In this document: positions 28,582 through 38,142 of the stretch, piece by piece | Position numbering within the stretch: position 1 is the stretch's first letter | How the letters are laid out: every line of letters begins with the position of its first letter | Assembly: GCA_035531395.1 (NCBI GenBank) | Contig: DATKTA010000035.1 | Span: 72,736 to 136,735 of the forward strand | DNA from: Bacteroidales bacterium | Lineage (GTDB): Bacteria; Bacteroidota; Bacteroidia; Bacteroidales; VadinHA17 | DNA: 64,000 bases | Direction of reading: 5' to 3' | The notes under the pieces: generated by a model | Told to the model about the DNA's origin: nothing | Database searches by the model: none | Seen by the model: the letters and a program-made list of their open reading frames with translations, nothing else | Program-made: the position numbers and the translations under genes

Positions 28582-31107
28582 ATGTTGGATCAAGAGAGAA
28601 TCATCAAGGTGAATATTGAGGAGGAGATGAAATCGGCTTACATCGATTATTCAATGTCAGTTATTGTGTCGAGAGCTTTGCCAGATGTCAGGGACGGGCT
28701 GAAACCTGTTCATCGGAGGGTACTTTTTGGAATGTCTGAGCTTGGAGTTCAATCAAACAAGCCTTATAAAAAGAGTGCAAGAATAGTGGGAGAGGTGCTT
28801 GGAAAATACCACCCTCATGGTGACTCCTCAGTTTATGAAGCCATGGTCAGAATGGCACAGGAATGGTCATTGAGGTATCCTCTCGTTGACGGACAGGGTA
28901 ATTTCGGTTCTGTTGATGGCGATAGTCCTGCAGCTATGCGTTATACCGAAGCCAGGTTAAAGAAGATTGCTGAAGAGATCTTGGCCGATATCGACAAAAA
29001 TACTGTTGATTTTCAGCCAAATTTTGATGACTCACTTGAGGAACCTGTAATTCTGCCTACACGTATTCCAAACCTCCTTGTAAACGGTGCTTCAGGTATT
29101 GCTGTAGGTATGGCCACAAATATGCCTCCGCATAATATTACAGAGGTTGTGGATGCTACCATTGCCTACATAGATAATAATGATATAACAAACGATGAGA
29201 TACTACAATTCGTTAAAGGACCTGATTTCCCGACAGGAGGAATTATTTATGGCAGCCAGGGTATCAGGGATGCATGTGAGACCGGAAGAGGAAGAATAGT
29301 ACTCAGGGCAAAAACTGAAATAGAACTAACTCATTCAGGACGAGAGTGCATAATTGTGAATGAAATACCATATATGGTTAATAAAGCTGAGATGATCAGG
29401 AAAATTGCTGATCTGATCAATGAGAAAAAGCTTGAAGGTATTTCTTATATCAATGATGAATCTGACAGGAACGGAATGCGCATTGTGATTATTCTTAAAA
29501 AGGATGCAAGCGCTAATGTTGTTCTCAATAACCTTTACAAATATTCATCTCTGCAGACATCTTTTGGAGTAAATAATATTGCCCTGGTAAGAGGTCGTCC
29601 AAAAACACTAAATACAAAGGACCTTATTCATTATTTTGTAAATCACAGGCATGAGATTGTCCTCCGACGGACCAGGTTTGAATTGGATCAGGCAGAAAAA
29701 AGAGCTCATATACTTGAAGGACTGATAATTGCAAGTGACAATATTGATGAAGTAATTGCAATTATCAAAGCGTCACAGACACCTGATATGGCCAGGGAGA
29801 AGCTGATGGAACGTTTCGGTCTATCTGAAATACAGTCAAGGGCAATCGTCGAAATGAGATTAAGGCAGCTGACAGGTCTTGAGCAGGAGAAATTAAGGGC
29901 TGAATATCAGGAGGTAATGGCACTTATTGAACGACTGAAAAATATACTTTCCAGTACAGATCTCCAGATGCAGATAATAAAGGATGAGCTGCTTGAAATC
30001 AAGGAAAAATATGGTGATGCAAGAAGGACAGAGATAGTTCCAAATGCTGAAGAGTTCAATCCTGAGGATTTCTATGCTGACGAAGAGATGGTTATAACTA
30101 TTTCCCATATGGGTTATATAAAAAGAACACCGCTTACAGAATTCAGAAGGCAGGCACGCGGAGGTACAGGTGCAAAAGGGGGGACAACCAGAGATGAAGA
30201 TTTCATCGAACATCTCTATATAGCCACTATGCATAACACAATGCTTTTCTTTACCAGAAACGGGAAGTGTTACTGGCTTAAGGTATATGCTATTCCTGAA
30301 GGTTCAAGGACATCAAAGGGACGAGCTATGCAGAATCTGATAAATATTGAACCCAGTGACAGTGTAAGGGCCTTCATAAATGTCAGGAATCTGAACGACG
30401 AAGAATATATAAATAACAATTTTATTGTCCTTTGCACTACAAAGGGGATAATCAAGAAGACCTCACTGGAGGCCTATTCAAGACCACGGGTTAATGGAGT
30501 AAATGCAATTACCGTGAGAGAAGAGGATGAGCTTTTAGAGGCAAGGTTAACGAACGGACAACACCATATTATGCTTGCAATAAAATCAGGCAGAGCAATC
30601 CGTTTCCCCGAATCATCCGTCAGACCAATGGGACGAACAGCGTCAGGAGTAAGAGGAATAAGACTGGCCAGCGAAAAAACTGATTTTGTAATTGGTATGA
30701 TTACCGTTGAAGGTAAGGAAAAAGAGATACTGGTAGTGTCTGAGAAGGGATATGGAAAAAGATCTGATATTGATGAATACAGGATTACAAACCGAGGTGG
30801 AAAAGGTGTAAAAACAATAAATATCACCGAAAAAACCGGATCACTTATTGCTTTAAAAGATGTAACTGATAATCACGACCTTATGATAATAACCCAGTAC
30901 GGTAATATATTAAGATCGTCTGTAGCGGCACTCAGGGTTATGGGCAGGGCAACACAGGGTGTCAGACTTATTAATCTTAAAGAAAATGATATCATTGCAT
31001 CGGTGGCCTGCGTGCTGGTAAATGAAGATGAAGAAGCACAGGAAATGGACATTCCGGAAGAAAATAAACCGGATGGTCAGGAAAATGGCAAAGAATTTGA
31101 TGTTTAA
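28582..31107 (+). CDS. gyrA: DNA gyrase subunit A
   Basis: [21 protein letters not shown] and the [10 protein letters not shown] active-site region, with C-terminal beta-pinwheel repeats. Confidence 0.95.
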   Translation: MLDQERIIKVNIEEEMKSAYIDYSMSVIVSRALPDVRDGLKPVHRRVLFGMSELGVQSNKPYKKSARIVGEVLGKYHPHGDSSVYEAMVRMAQEWSLRYPLVDGQGNFGSVDGDSPAAMRYTEARLKKIAEEILADIDKNTVDFQPNFDDSLEEPVILPTRIPNLLVNGASGIAVGMATNMPPHNITEVVDATIAYIDNNDITNDEILQFVKGPDFPTGGIIYGSQGIRDACETGRGRIVLRAKTEIELTHSGRECIIVNEIPYMVNKAEMIRKIADLINEKKLEGISYINDESDRNGMRIVIILKKDASANVVLNNLYKYSSLQTSFGVNNIALVRGRPKTLNTKDLIHYFVNHRHEIVLRRTRFELDQAEKRAHILEGLIIASDNIDEVIAIIKASQTPDMAREKLMERFGLSEIQSRAIVEMRLRQLTGLEQEKLRAEYQEVMALIERLKNILSSTDLQMQIIKDELLEIKEKYGDARRTEIVPNAEEFNPEDFYADEEMVITISHMGYIKRTPLTEFRRQARGGTGAKGGTTRDEDFIEHLYIATMHNTMLFFTRNGKCYWLKVYAIPEGSRTSKGRAMQNLINIEPSDSVRAFINVRNLNDEEYINNNFIVLCTTKGIIKKTSLEAYSRPRVNGVNAITVREEDELLEARLTNGQHHIMLAIKSGRAIRFPESSVRPMGRTASGVRGIRLASEKTDFVIGMITVEGKEKEILVVSEKGYGKRSDIDEYRITNRGGKGVKTINITEKTGSLIALKDVTDNHDLMIITQYGNILRSSVAALRVMGRATQGVRLINLKENDIIASVACVLVNEDEEAQEMDIPEENKPDGQENGKEFDV

Positions 31108-31164
31108 AAAGTAAAATTATACATTTGGGAAATTTTTTAAGAAATTAAAATTAAAATTATAACC

Positions 31165-32325
31165 ATGAAAAAGTTCATCCTGCTTTTAGCAGTGTTTAGT
31201 ATCACAATCGGAGCAATGTCCCAGAAGGGGAAGGTTACAAGCGCTCTCAGTTTAATTGATCAGGGTCAGCTTGATAAGGCAAAAGAAGCTATTGATCAGG
31301 CGCTTGTCCATGAAAAATCAGCCAACTGGCCAAATACTTTCTATGCAAAAGGAAGACTGGCACAGTCGTCATGGGAATCAGATAACCCTAAATTCAAGGA
31401 ATTTTATCAGAATCCTCTTGAAGAAGCTTATGCATCTTACCAGAAAGCAATGGAACTTGATCCTAAAGATCAGATTAAGAAAAAGATCATTACATCAATG
31501 ACATATAGTCAGCTGGCATCTGACCTGTATAATCAGGGAAGCGTACAGTTTGATGAAAAAGATTTCAAAGGAGCTTTAGAATCTTTTAGAACACAGATTG
31601 AAATTTCCGAAGGAGATATATATGTTGGTTCAATAGACACCGGAATGTATTATAATGCCGGCCTTGCAGCAACTAACTCAGGTAGTTATGAAGCAGCAAT
31701 CAAATATTTTCAGCAATGTGCTGATATGAAGTATATGGGAATTACTCCATATTATCAGATATATGAAGCTTATCTCGGGCAAGGCGATACAGTGAAAGCT
31801 GAGAATACTCTTACAGAACTGCCTAAACTATTCCCTGATGACAAAACCATAACTCTTCAGTTAATTGACCTTTATATTAAAAGTGGGAAAAATGCTGATG
31901 CCCTTAAACACATAAAGACAGCAAAAGCTGACGATCCTTCAAATTATACTCTGTACTTCGCAACAGGTATCATTTATCTGAATGATGAGAATTATGATGC
32001 AGCTATCGAAGAACTTCAGAAATCAATTGAGCTTAATGGAGAAGTTTTTGACACACAGTACGGAATAGGAGCGGCCTATATTAACAAAGCAGCTGAAATG
32101 TTCAAGGCAGCTAATGAAATAATGGATGTTAAAAAATATAGTGATGCTGTTGATGCTGCCAATGCAATTTATGCAAAAGCTCTTCCTTTTATGGAAAAAG
32201 CATACAAGCTCAGTCCGGATGATGTATATACGATGAGAAGCCTGAAGGAACTGTATTACAGAATGAAGCAGACTGATAAGTATGATGCAATAAATGCAAA
32301 ACTTGAAGCTGCAGAGAACAAGTAA
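31165..32325 (+). CDS. TPR-repeat secreted protein
   Basis: Signal peptide followed by TPR-like helical repeats. Confidence 0.75.
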   Translation: MKKFILLLAVFSITIGAMSQKGKVTSALSLIDQGQLDKAKEAIDQALVHEKSANWPNTFYAKGRLAQSSWESDNPKFKEFYQNPLEEAYASYQKAMELDPKDQIKKKIITSMTYSQLASDLYNQGSVQFDEKDFKGALESFRTQIEISEGDIYVGSIDTGMYYNAGLAATNSGSYEAAIKYFQQCADMKYMGITPYYQIYEAYLGQGDTVKAENTLTELPKLFPDDKTITLQLIDLYIKSGKNADALKHIKTAKADDPSNYTLYFATGIIYLNDENYDAAIEELQKSIELNGEVFDTQYGIGAAYINKAAEMFKAANEIMDVKKYSDAVDAANAIYAKALPFMEKAYKLSPDDVYTMRSLKELYYRMKQTDKYDAINAKLEAAENK

Positions 32326-32347
32326 GATTCTTTAAAGTTATTTATAA

Positions 32348-32379
32348 AGAGGGATAAATCAATATCCCTCTTTTTTTTT
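32348..32379 (+). terminator. Rho-independent terminator
   Basis: agaggga taaatcaata tccctct followed by a run of T. Confidence 0.85.
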
Positions 32380-32443
32380 GTGTGGACTGTATAGGGGAGA
32401 GTGAAACCAATATATGAGATTAACCGGATTATATATTGAATTA

Positions 32444-33056
32444 TTCTATTTGACATAATATTAATTATAGGCAAAACGTCCCGCACTCTTAATTATCCCG
32501 AAATTTGCGTTTAGCTCCGCTAATTGACATAATTTCAGATATGAGCCGCAAGGATCATATCGGTACCGAAATTATGTCAAAGCAAATTTCTTCCTTCTAT
32601 ATCGGCAACGATTTTATGTCAAAGGAATTTGCGGTTTACAGAGAAAGTAATTTTCTACAACGCCCTTCTGCCTCTTTTGCAGCGATAATTAATACTATAT
32701 CAAATAGAATTGGCGACCGGCATCCCATCTTCGCCAAGGCTACGATGGACAAGACAGGCTTCCGGCAACTGGCTTTAATTCATCCAGAATCAATTATTTC
32801 GATCCAGGTAGTATATCTGTTCGGAAAAATGCTGTGGAGGCTGGAGATACTTTATAGGCTGTAAAAGCAATAGCTGGTTGAAAAAGCTGAAAGGTTGAAA
32901 AGTTGAAAGGTTTAAGCGTTATTAAAGTGCAGTACTTAGTTCTTTCCATTCGCATTCTCCACAAAATATTTTGAGCAATTAAGTCCAGCCGTTGAGCCAT
33001 TGTCCCATTGCGCCATTGCGCCTTTAATTTGCTTTAAAACATTATGTCAAATAGAA
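32444..33056. repeat. 613-bp non-coding segment bounded by perfect 16-bp inverted repeats (MITE-like or invertible-segment-like)
   Basis: ttctatttgacataat (32444-32459) is the exact reverse complement of attatgtcaaatagaa (33041-33056). Internal copies of the core occur at 32524-32533 (ttgacataat), 32571-32580 (attatgtcaa) and 32614-32622 (ttatgtcaa). No convincing ORF lies inside. Confidence 0.6.
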
Positions 33057-33117
33057 ACAAAGAATCACGTGATTAATCCCGGAATTAATGCTGTGATAAA
33101 CTGGAGGGTAAGCGTGA

Positions 33118-33777
33118 TTAAACTGCCTTTTTATACTCAAAAGTAAATGTCTGATTATAATTACCTGTAAACTCCCAGTACTCTTCAATAAGCCTGGCTT
33201 CACTATCGTAACTGAAATTGATGAATCCTATCACTTTCTTATCCTGGATTATACTCCCCTTACTAAGCTTACCGGTACTGTCGTAAACAAAACTGATCTG
33301 TCCGGTAAACCAACCATGATAGCCTTCCCATTCAGCCTTAATGACCTCTCCCTCTGCATTATACAAATAATTTGCTTTATTGCTGTAACCATCTGATCTA
33401 TGAAATTTTTCAGTTAGTAATTGATTATCTGAGTCATACTCAAAGGTTTCAGTTGAAGTCAATCCATCAGAAAACTCCCTGTACTTTTCGATAATATTAC
33501 CATTAAAATCATATTTATAGATGTTAACAGAACTCCTGCTGTTATCTAATTGCTTCCAGGTTGATCTGCTAAGCCGGCCATCTTCACCATACTCAAAAAG
33601 AGAAATGCCATTTTCTCCTGAAGAACTAGAATAAGGCATACCTGAAAATCCACATTCTGCAAATCTTCTCTGTAACTCCTTCAGATTATACTGAGAAAAT
33701 GAAGTATTTGAAATAATGATGAGCAGAACAGACATTATTAATAAAAGTCTTACATAGATCTTTTTATCTGAAACCAT
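33118..33777 (-). CDS. Secreted repeat protein (YD/MORN-like repeats), function unknown
   Basis: Signal peptide, then repeated Y.YD..G.l..e units (FEYGEDGRL, YKYDFNGNI, FEYDSDNQL, YLYNAEGEV, FVYDSTGKL, FSYDSEARL). Confidence 0.5.
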   Translation of the reverse strand: MVSDKKIYVRLLLIMSVLLIIISNTSFSQYNLKELQRRFAECGFSGMPYSSSSGENGISLFEYGEDGRLSRSTWKQLDNSRSSVNIYKYDFNGNIIEKYREFSDGLTSTETFEYDSDNQLLTEKFHRSDGYSNKANYLYNAEGEVIKAEWEGYHGWFTGQISFVYDSTGKLSKGSIIQDKKVIGFINFSYDSEARLIEEYWEFTGNYNQTFTFEYKKAV

Positions 33778-33994
33778 AATACAACTATTTACTCTTTTGC
33801 AACAAAGTAAAAATAGTTCATTCTATAGATAATATAATATTTCTTATACCTATGGGCGGTTTGATCATACGAATAGCATATTTTAAAGAATGCAGTAAAG
33901 GCTATATTTTCAGTTGTGAATAATTCAATACCAAAAGAATTGGAGTCTGACAAAAGAGCAACTGAATCCCACCATTGAGCCTTTGCGCCAATTA

Positions 33995-35566
33995 TTACAA
34001 GTCGCCAGATATTGGTACTAATCTGGCCTTGAGATCAGGATCCTTCATATCCTTATCTAAAGGAAACATTGGCCGAATGATCCTCTTATAAGGAAGTTGT
34101 TCAATATTCTGGTCAACACCTCCCGGAGTCAAAGCCATTATCCAATCTTTCCTCATATCATAAAGCTCAGGAACTAAATAACCAATTTTAACTACGACTA
34201 TATCGGTTTGCCTGGGATTAAGACCCAGCCGTGTGAAATCAACTTCCCTGTGATATGGTTTACGCTTCTTCGTAACTATGACATTTACACTTCCAATTCT
34301 TACAACAACTTCATTTTCAGCATATTCATCGCCATTCCTAATAGATTTCACGATTCCGGACAGTTTAATTGGAGGTGCAAAACGATTATCAATGTCTGCC
34401 CCTGCATATGCTTCAACTTTTCCACCAACACCTGCTGCAATTGCCTTTTCTACAAAACCGGGTCCCGGAATAGAGGCATAAATCAGAGATGGTCCTTTAT
34501 CAGATTTAAACTCGGGACGAGAGAGTATCTCCTGTAAAGTCCAGGTCACATCCCCTGCTCCACCGGCAGTCGGATTATCTCCCATATCGCTGATAATAAA
34601 AGGATGTTTGGTACTGGAAATTGCTTTTTCAATACATTCATCGAAAGAAGCTGTCGGGGCTACAAAAACAAACTCTGATCTGACATCCCAAAAGGCTTTT
34701 GCTAAATGTTCAGCTCCACTTATTACTTTCTCTTTATCGTCTCCGGTTACCATAACTACAGCATGATTGCGGGGTTCGTCAGCCCATGCATATCCAATCC
34801 ATATTGCAGCATCAACTATTCCTTCCTGGTTGGCAACAGGTGCAACCTTCTCATATAAGCTCTTCCCAGGTTCTATTCTTGTACTTGTTTTTTCTCCCGG
34901 CAGCAGAATCGGAACAGGAATCCATGCCTTGAATGCAGGTTTCCCTTTTCCACTTTCTAATCTGTCTAAAAGATTATCAACAGTCCTTTTTTTAGATTCT
35001 ATTGCATCTTCATGGGGTGCCATCCGATAGCAAGTTATAAGGTCACTATTTTGAGCCAGCCTCCAGGAGACATTGCCGTGCAAATCCATTGAAGTTGAAA
35101 TTATTGTCTTTTTACCTACCACCTCACGTACACGAACAATAAAATCACCCTCCGGATCGTCCATCCCTTCAACACTCATAGCACCGTGAATGTCAAAAAA
35201 GAGTCCATCGTATGGAACACTTTCTCTTAGTAGTTCAAGAGTCTTTGTTACCAGCGATTCATAAGCCTCTCTTGTCACAGTACCTCCCGGCAGTGCATGG
35301 CCATTTAACGTCGGAATCCAAGTAGCCCGCTTCCTGTCAACTGAGTCGGCTGCTAAAAAAGGATAATATGAGAAAACATCATCACCAGTTTTTGCATGGA
35401 ATGCTTCTTCATGCGTAAATGCGGGTGAAAATGTGCTTGATTCAATTGCTAATCCGGCAATAGCAATACGTGGCAGATTTTTTTCCTTTAGCTTGTTGTT
35501 TCTGTTCTGCTGAACACATCCCAATAAGGCTGCTATTGCGATAATGCTTATGAGTACTTTTTTCAT
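33995..35566 (-). CDS. M81 family metallopeptidase (MlrC-like)
   Basis: Lipoprotein-type signal (LLGC). N-terminal RIAIAGLAIESSTFSP is typical of the MlrC/DUF1485 N-domain. 523 aa. Confidence 0.7.
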   Translation of the reverse strand: MKKVLISIIAIAALLGCVQQNRNNKLKEKNLPRIAIAGLAIESSTFSPAFTHEEAFHAKTGDDVFSYYPFLAADSVDRKRATWIPTLNGHALPGGTVTREAYESLVTKTLELLRESVPYDGLFFDIHGAMSVEGMDDPEGDFIVRVREVVGKKTIISTSMDLHGNVSWRLAQNSDLITCYRMAPHEDAIESKKRTVDNLLDRLESGKGKPAFKAWIPVPILLPGEKTSTRIEPGKSLYEKVAPVANQEGIVDAAIWIGYAWADEPRNHAVVMVTGDDKEKVISGAEHLAKAFWDVRSEFVFVAPTASFDECIEKAISSTKHPFIISDMGDNPTAGGAGDVTWTLQEILSRPEFKSDKGPSLIYASIPGPGFVEKAIAAGVGGKVEAYAGADIDNRFAPPIKLSGIVKSIRNGDEYAENEVVVRIGSVNVIVTKKRKPYHREVDFTRLGLNPRQTDIVVVKIGYLVPELYDMRKDWIMALTPGGVDQNIEQLPYKRIIRPMFPLDKDMKDPDLKARLVPISGDL

Positions 35567-35626
35567 AAGGTTTATAAAATTAGCTATTTATTATTCTTTG
35601 ATACTGATTATTGCATAAGCAAAGTC

Positions 35627-36769
35627 TTATACCTTCTTAATTATTCCAATTCCCGGTCTGTCTGGCAGTTTTAGCTTTCCATCCACTACAGTCACACCTT
35701 CATATATATCATTTGAGATAAGCAGATTTCCGTCCAGGTCGGCCCAGTCTACCATTGGCGAAAGCTGCGCAGCAGCTGAAACAGCACATGAAGTCTCTGT
35801 CATGCATCCTATCATTACCTTCATGCTCAGAGCCCGGGCTGTATTGATCATCTTAAATGCAGAGCGCATACCTCCACACTTCATCAGCTTTATATTTATA
35901 CCGCTATAAACTCCATCAGCCTTTTTAATATCTCCAATGGTCTGAACAGCTTCATCAGCAATTACAGGTAATGGGCTATTCTGAGTAAGCCAGGCGATCT
36001 CTTCAACCATAGCTTTTGGCATAGGTTGTTCAACAAAGATAACTCCCTGTTCTTTAAGCCAATATATCATATCCTGGGCCATCTTCTTATCTTTCCAGCC
36101 CTGATTCACATCAACACATAATGGAGTATCCGTTACACTTCTGATAGCCTCAATCATCTCTTTATCAGTGTCTTGCCCAAGCTTGACCTTAAGAATCCTG
36201 TATGGTGAAGCTTCCTTAACCTTTTGCTTAACAACATCAGGCGTATCAATTCCGATAGTGAAAGATGTAAAAGGTGTTTTTCCAGGATTCAGGCCCCATA
36301 TCCTGTACCATGGCTGGTTCATTAATTTTCCTACAAGATCATGAAGGGCGATATCTACTGAAGCCTTGGCAGCATAATTTCCCGGAGCCAGTTGATCAAT
36401 ATAATTCAAGATCTCCTCTATAAGGAATGGACTCGAGAATTGTGATAAATCAACCTTATTAAGAAAATTATTAACTGTCTCATGGCTCTCTCCCAGATAT
36501 GGCGGCATTGATGCTTCTCCAAAACCTGTCACTCCGTCATAATCTATTTCTGTCAACATAACAGGCGTTGACGTACGCGAATTAGTAGCTATTGTAAAGA
36601 CATGCTTCAATTGCAAATCATAAGGTCTGAACCTCAGAATCAGTCCCCTTCCTGCTCTCCTTTCAGATTTTCTTTTAGTTATAATCTCACTTCTCAGCCC
36701 TAAATATGAAAAACCCGCTGCTCCTGTCATTCTACCACAATTTTTTAAAAAATCTCTTCTGCTTGCCAT
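35627..36769 (-). CDS. Dipeptide (L-Ala-D/L-Glu-type) epimerase, enolase superfamily, with Tat-like signal
   Basis: Catalytic pattern ILKVKLG, DVNQGW, VEQP, ADE, KLMKCGG. The N-terminus MASRRDFLKNCG matches the Tat consensus. Confidence 0.8.
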   Translation of the reverse strand: MASRRDFLKNCGRMTGAAGFSYLGLRSEIITKRKSERRAGRGLILRFRPYDLQLKHVFTIATNSRTSTPVMLTEIDYDGVTGFGEASMPPYLGESHETVNNFLNKVDLSQFSSPFLIEEILNYIDQLAPGNYAAKASVDIALHDLVGKLMNQPWYRIWGLNPGKTPFTSFTIGIDTPDVVKQKVKEASPYRILKVKLGQDTDKEMIEAIRSVTDTPLCVDVNQGWKDKKMAQDMIYWLKEQGVIFVEQPMPKAMVEEIAWLTQNSPLPVIADEAVQTIGDIKKADGVYSGINIKLMKCGGMRSAFKMINTARALSMKVMIGCMTETSCAVSAAAQLSPMVDWADLDGNLLISNDIYEGVTVVDGKLKLPDRPGIGIIKKV

Positions 36770-36788
36770 AATTTATAATGATTACATC

Positions 36789-37988
36789 TTAATACCAGTG
36801 ATGATCTTTAATAGCTGTAATACCTGTAGTGCCAACAGATCCGATTATTCTACGTGCTGAAAGAAGTGTATTCTTTCTGTAACTGCTGAAATTTATTCTT
36901 GTTGAATCAAGACTATTTACCTTTACCATTCCGGCTGAGTTAATAAACTCGCTATCTCCTTTATATATAGCTACATGCGTAACGCGTGGCTTGGAATTTC
37001 TGACCGATCCGAAGAAAAGTAGATCTCCTGTCTCCAAATTATTCCATCCGTTCGAAATATCAACCTCATTCCCATGCAATGCCTGCAAAGATGCATCCCT
37101 CGACAGAATAATACCATTCATGAAATAAACAGTCTGGACAAAACCACTGCAGTCGACTCCTTTTGCAGATCTGCCTCCCCAAAGATAAGGCAGCCCCATC
37201 AGCGAAGACGCTACTCTGTAAAGTTCCCTACCGGAAGGTTTTAGTTCATTTATCCATTTTTTATACTCCCTTACTGCTTTGCTTTTTAAATATCCCTCCC
37301 GTCCGTCAGCCAGAATTACCTTTTCAAATGATCCTTTCCTGCCATCGCTTTTTAATATGCATCCAGCCACAACATCTCCCACAACGCCCTCTTCTTTAAT
37401 ATTTTCATATATCCAACCTGAATTATCAATGAAGATAACCTTTTCAGATTCTTTCCATTCCTTAAATTCAGATTCAGTCATTAATTGTACTGAACCTGCT
37501 TCAGTCCAGGCAATATAATTGTCGGGAGTCTGTATTAACATCCAGTAACCTGTATTTTTAAGAATCCTAACCGGTGTTCCCATAATTGACTGGGATACCA
37601 GTTCTTCACTATGAGCGGGTTTTTGGCGCAAGTTTATAACACTCATTATTACAACACCATATGTCTTATCACCTACATCATTACCTGGCAGCACCAAAAC
37701 ACTGTCAATAATTGTAAAACCTCGTGCAGAAACTGAGTCAATTACCTCATTTTTAAATTGCAGACAATCTGTTTCCCCTTTTAGAATTATTGAATTATTG
37801 TCAGCCCTGGCAATAAATATCTCTGCAACACCCTCCCTCTGATCGGGAACCCATTTTTCAGATATAACGTCGATTGTATTTTGTAGTCCTTCAGGCGGAT
37901 AATTATTACACGATGAACAGGTAATCAGCATGGTAAGCATAAAAACTACAGGCAGATACTGAAGAAATCTAATTGGTAATGCTTTCAT
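36789..37988 (-). CDS. NlpC/P60 peptidase with N-terminal SH3-like domains (YkfC-like gamma-D-Glu-diamino-acid endopeptidase)
   Basis: Signal peptide. Catalytic GVDCSGFVQ Cys and the HVAIY His region. Confidence 0.8.
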   Translation of the reverse strand: MKALPIRFLQYLPVVFMLTMLITCSSCNNYPPEGLQNTIDVISEKWVPDQREGVAEIFIARADNNSIILKGETDCLQFKNEVIDSVSARGFTIIDSVLVLPGNDVGDKTYGVVIMSVINLRQKPAHSEELVSQSIMGTPVRILKNTGYWMLIQTPDNYIAWTEAGSVQLMTESEFKEWKESEKVIFIDNSGWIYENIKEEGVVGDVVAGCILKSDGRKGSFEKVILADGREGYLKSKAVREYKKWINELKPSGRELYRVASSLMGLPYLWGGRSAKGVDCSGFVQTVYFMNGIILSRDASLQALHGNEVDISNGWNNLETGDLLFFGSVRNSKPRVTHVAIYKGDSEFINSAGMVKVNSLDSTRINFSSYRKNTLLSARRIIGSVGTTGITAIKDHHWY

Positions 37989-38142
37989 GTCGAAATAAAT
38001 AAAATGTGACTCAAATTTACCCTTTTATGCTTTTAAACATGACAGTTTCGTTAAAAAGTTTTAGTTCCGCCCCTCTCCTTTCACTTTAATAAGTAAATTA
38101 GAGACACTTTTTTTTAAATGAACCTTTTTAAAAAACTTACCG

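Noticed and set aside
32505-32864. 119-aa ORF (TTG start) inside the inverted-repeat-bounded segment.
   Set aside because: It has a non-ATG start and its sequence is dictated by the repeat words (MSKQIS../DFMSKEF reflect the ttatgtcaa repeats). No motif is recognisable. I treat the region as non-coding.
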